From the NCBI GenBank assembly GCA_964016885.1, contig OZ024742.1:236282001-236346000 (forward strand): a stretch of 64,000 bases of DNA. Reading direction: 5' to 3'. Under the pieces are notes generated by a model, which worked only from the letters and a program-made list of their open reading frames with translations, ran no database searches and was not told the origin of the DNA. This document shows positions 60,390 to 64,000 of this stretch, piece after piece. The stretch comes from Eledone cirrhosa (taxonomy: Eukaryota). Position 1 is the first letter of the stretch. Each line of letters starts with the position of its first letter. The position numbers and the translations under genes were made by a program.

Positions 60390-61437
60390 TGTTTGTGTGT
60401 TTAATTATGTGTATGTGTGAGGTGGGTGTAATTATGTGTATGTATATGTTAAGTATGTGCAAGTGTGAAATATATGTAATAATGTATTTATATGTAAACA
60501 TCTGTATTCATATCTATCGTAGTCTCCCTCTCTTACACTCGTCACCCTTTATCTTTTACTTTTTATCTCTCACACTCCATCTCCCTTTTTATTTACACTT
60601 CTCTCTTTCTCGCCTTGTTTCTGTACCTTTTCTTTCTCTCTCACTCTTTATCTTCCTCTGATTATTTACCCTTTCTATTAGATTCTCTCAGTGATGTCCT
60701 TGTGTCGATTAAGTCGACCCTGTCACTTTACCTCCTCCTCCATCTTCTCGCCCTCTTTAGCCCAACTCCTCCTACTCCTCCTGCAGACTGTGTGGTCTTG
60801 TGGCCAGTATATTCACAGATAGAAATAAATGAATTACAAGAGTTGTAAGAATTACGTAGTAGTTAATTATTCTGTATAAATAATCTGTGGTTTGGTGAAT
60901 GATAGCAGGAACAACTTTCCTCGCACCAAAGGAAGTTCAAATAAAGAAACACAGCAAGAAAAATAAACAAAAGACCTTTAATTAGCTACTTACAGGAAGT
61001 TGGGTTATGTGCTTGGAAATAAAGCTAGGTGTCTCGTATCAAAACGATGAAAGGAAACATGTTGCTTCTTTCACTATTGAAGTTATTTTAGCAGTTAATA
61101 CATATGGAAAATCATCAAGGTGGTGAAGGAGGATGTTATATTGTTGGGACCCCTTCGGTTCCGACGACGAGTATTCCGGGTGTTCGATTAATGGAACAGC
61201 CTACTTGTGAAATTAACGTGTATGTGGCTGAACATTCCACAGCCAGTATACCCTTAACGTAAATCTCAGAAAGATAATATGTGATAAATCTGACACTTTC
61301 AATTAAAGGTTCAGTTAACTTCCTCCCTCTTTGACGAAGCAGTAGAAAAATTACAGAATATCTTTACGCAAGTAGAGATTCTGAGGTGAACTCCTGCTGA
61401 GATTTACTTTGTTACCGAAGGTAAAACAAGCAACAAT

Positions 61438-61720
61438 AGTGATTTCTACTATAGGCACACGGCTAGCAATTTGGGGGGAGGCGAAAGTCGATTAAATCGT
61501 CCCCAGTGCATTACTGGTGTTTTATTTTATCGACTCCGTAAGGATGGAAGGCAAAGCCAACCTCAGCTGGATTTGAACTCAGAACGTAAGGGGCTGCAGC
61601 TCTATGCTACACAGCATGTTGTCCGGCGCCCTACAGATACTGCCAATCCACCACCCTGAAACAAGCAACAATAATGGTTTCTTATATAGGCACAAGGCCA
61701 GCAATTTGGGGGGAGGGGAT
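61438..61720 (-). mobile_element. SINE (long subfamily) plus a second tail
   Basis: Diverged consensus match. Confidence 0.8.
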
Positions 61721-62769
61721 AAAAATTAAATAGAACTTTAATTGGTTTCGATGATGAGTATTCCAATCGTTCGATTAAGGGTATTTCATATTCATTCAAT
61801 TAACGTACAATGATGTATTGTTCTACAGACACGTGTACCCCTTAACGTAATTCTTGGTTAAAATCGGCATGACTCAGCGTATGATAAGACTAGGCAGGTA
61901 AAGTCTATTTGACAAGCTTCCATGCAATTTCCATCTACCCCGTTTCCCTCACAAAGTTTGGATCGATCCAAAGCTTATCTAGAAAAACACTGGGTTAAGT
62001 GGGATCGAACTGGGAAATTCATGATTGTAAATCGAACATTCGAACTATACGGTCACGTGCAAAGGCAAGACATTATTATTTTAGTAGAAGATATATATTT
62101 CGAGTAGGCGGCGAAATGGCAGTATTCGTTCCAACTCTCTGCGCCCTGAGTTCAAAACCCGCAGAGGCCAACTTTACCCTTTATCCTTTCGAGGCCGATA
62201 AAAGAAGTACCAATCCAGTACTGGTACCGATTACTTCCTATTTATTAATCTCTCTCTTTCACCCCTCTCTCTCTCCCTTTCCTTCTCATCCTGGAAGAAT
62301 TCGGCTATTATGTGTCCATATGATTTTCGAGCAACTTCAAGACTACTGCTGGGTTTAGACTACATTGTAAAGCATTCTGTTTTGCAACATTCAATTCCTA
62401 CCAGTAATATATGAAAGAATAACATGGTAGTGGATTGTCAGCGCGGCGGATAAAATGATTTGGAGTATTGTTACGGCACTTTACGTTCTGTGTTCAAATC
62501 CCGCCCAGGTCAGCTTTGTCTTACAACCTTTCTTGGTCGACAAAATAAAGCAACAGTCAAGTATGGATCGGTTTCATCGACTCCCCAACCCAGCTACTGA
62601 CCTTGTACCTAAATTTAAAATTATATATAAATGTATATAAGAAGATATGTAATTCGAAAGCTGCGACAATGCGAAAGGTGTGGTATGATTTAAGATTTAA
62701 AAAAAGGCAACGAAGCTGCTCTGTGATATCTGTTCTTTATTCAAATACGACCTTAATTTTAGAGATAAT

Positions 62770-62947
62770 TGTTTCTACTTTAGGCATAAGGCCAGCAATT
62801 ACCCAGTGTATTACTGGTACTTTATTTTATCGACCCCGTAAGGATGAAAGGCAAAGTCAACCTCGGCGGGATTTGAACTCAGATCGTAAAGGGACGTAAC
62901 TATGTTGGAAAGCATGGCGTCCGACCCTCTACCGATACTGCCAATCC
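62770..62947 (-). mobile_element. Young SINE with 9-bp TSD inserted in a hammerhead motif
   Basis: agagataat at 62761-62769 and 62948-62956. Confidence 0.9.
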
Positions 62948-63729
62948 AGAGATAATATCTCATCATCAGAAGTCGAAAATCTTGGAAAATAGAGAAAACG
63001 TTTTAGCTTGTATGTGCCATCTTTTCTTTCTGTTTATGCCATTACTCTCCGGAAGTGGTAGTAGGTGTGTGAGAAGTGTTAACGTATTTGTCTGTGCATG
63101 TGTGCGAATGTGTGTTTGTGAGTGTGTGTGCGTTTTTCCTTTTTTGAATTCAAAATTGTATCTATCAATTTACTTATTTTATTTTATATATTTATCTGTT
63201 ATTATTACTTTATATATGTGCCTGGCACAAAGAATGTTTATACATATACAAATGCAGGTATAATTGTATAATGGGTATTGCGTTGTTATGCAATGGGTAT
63301 TTTGTGTGTTATAGCTCTTGCATACATACATCTCTATACGAGTAAAGGAAAGATGCATTCGCACACCTGTACACATGCAGGCATATATGTATATCATCCA
63401 CTGTTACCAACCGAAGGTGGTGTTGTGCGTTAAGTTCTGGTAGGGAAGCAGGTATCTTGTGCCGGGCTGCGGCTTGCTGTTTGTGTGCCGTGCGTTTTCA
63501 TGTTTTAATGTGTTGCGTTTAGTGTTTTGTTTGTATTGTGTTTATATAAGTTATGATAGGCACTGTGCCAAAAATACATAGATGTGTTATTATTGTACAA
63601 TGGGTTTTGTTATGTAATGGGTATATTGTGTCGGTCTGTAGCTTGTCGTTAGTGTACTGTGTGTTTACATGTTAAATGTGTTGTATGATTAGTGTTTTGT
63701 TTATGTCTTGTGTTGGCGGTGTGTTGGGT

Positions 63730-64000
63730 TGGTTAAGTTAGGAATTATGTGTTAAGTTCTGATCTGCTATTGATGTGTGTTATATGTTTGTTAATGATAA
63801 TCGCCTCCTTAATTCTAATATTTCCTAAGTTTCGATCTCTAGCCTCAATCGTAACTGTTATGTTTTTGTTGTTTCTGCATTTGTCTATGTGTTTCTTGAA
63901 GGATGAAGCGTGTGTATCTAAGTGTTCCTTAATGCGGATATGTAGTGGTCTGATAGTGTTACCAATGTAAAAGTTCCTGAATTTATCACATTGAATGAGA
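63730..64000 (-). pseudogene. Penelope-like element GIY-YIG C-terminus (continues beyond the window)
   Basis: Minus strand: NFYIGNTIRPLHIRIKEHLDTHASSFKKH..KC...EARDRNLGNIRIKEAIII, paralogous to the 47895 ORF end. Confidence 0.9.

Overview
This is eukaryotic, AT-rich DNA packed with microsatellites and transposon remains, probably an intron or intergenic region. I found no confident host gene, rRNA, CRISPR array or prokaryotic feature, and most ORF-track entries are microsatellite artefacts. The dominant tRNA-derived SINE resembles the abundant octopus SINEs, so the source is probably an octopod cephalopod (inference from recall, not a search). The window holds: about 20 SINE copies, several with clear target-site duplications (TSDs); decayed LINEs (RTE, L1/Tx1, R4/Dong-type); a non-autonomous Helitron with both ends intact; several MITEs; a hAT-like remnant inside a ~1.3-kb inverted duplication; and one near-intact Penelope-like element (PLE, RT + GIY-YIG) plus PLE fragments. 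The strongest signal is about ten type I hammerhead-ribozyme motifs from distinct families, mostly in short modules sitting in (TA)n tracts. Three cases stand out: a head-to-head hammerhead pair, a hammerhead split by a SINE with a TSD, and a repeat family whose CUGANGA core appears replaced by an inverted copy of the GAAAC-stemIII-GUC half, giving a perfect 108-bp palindrome fused in frame to the PLE ORF. All coordinates were read by eye and may be off by a few bases. No alignments or folding calculations were run.
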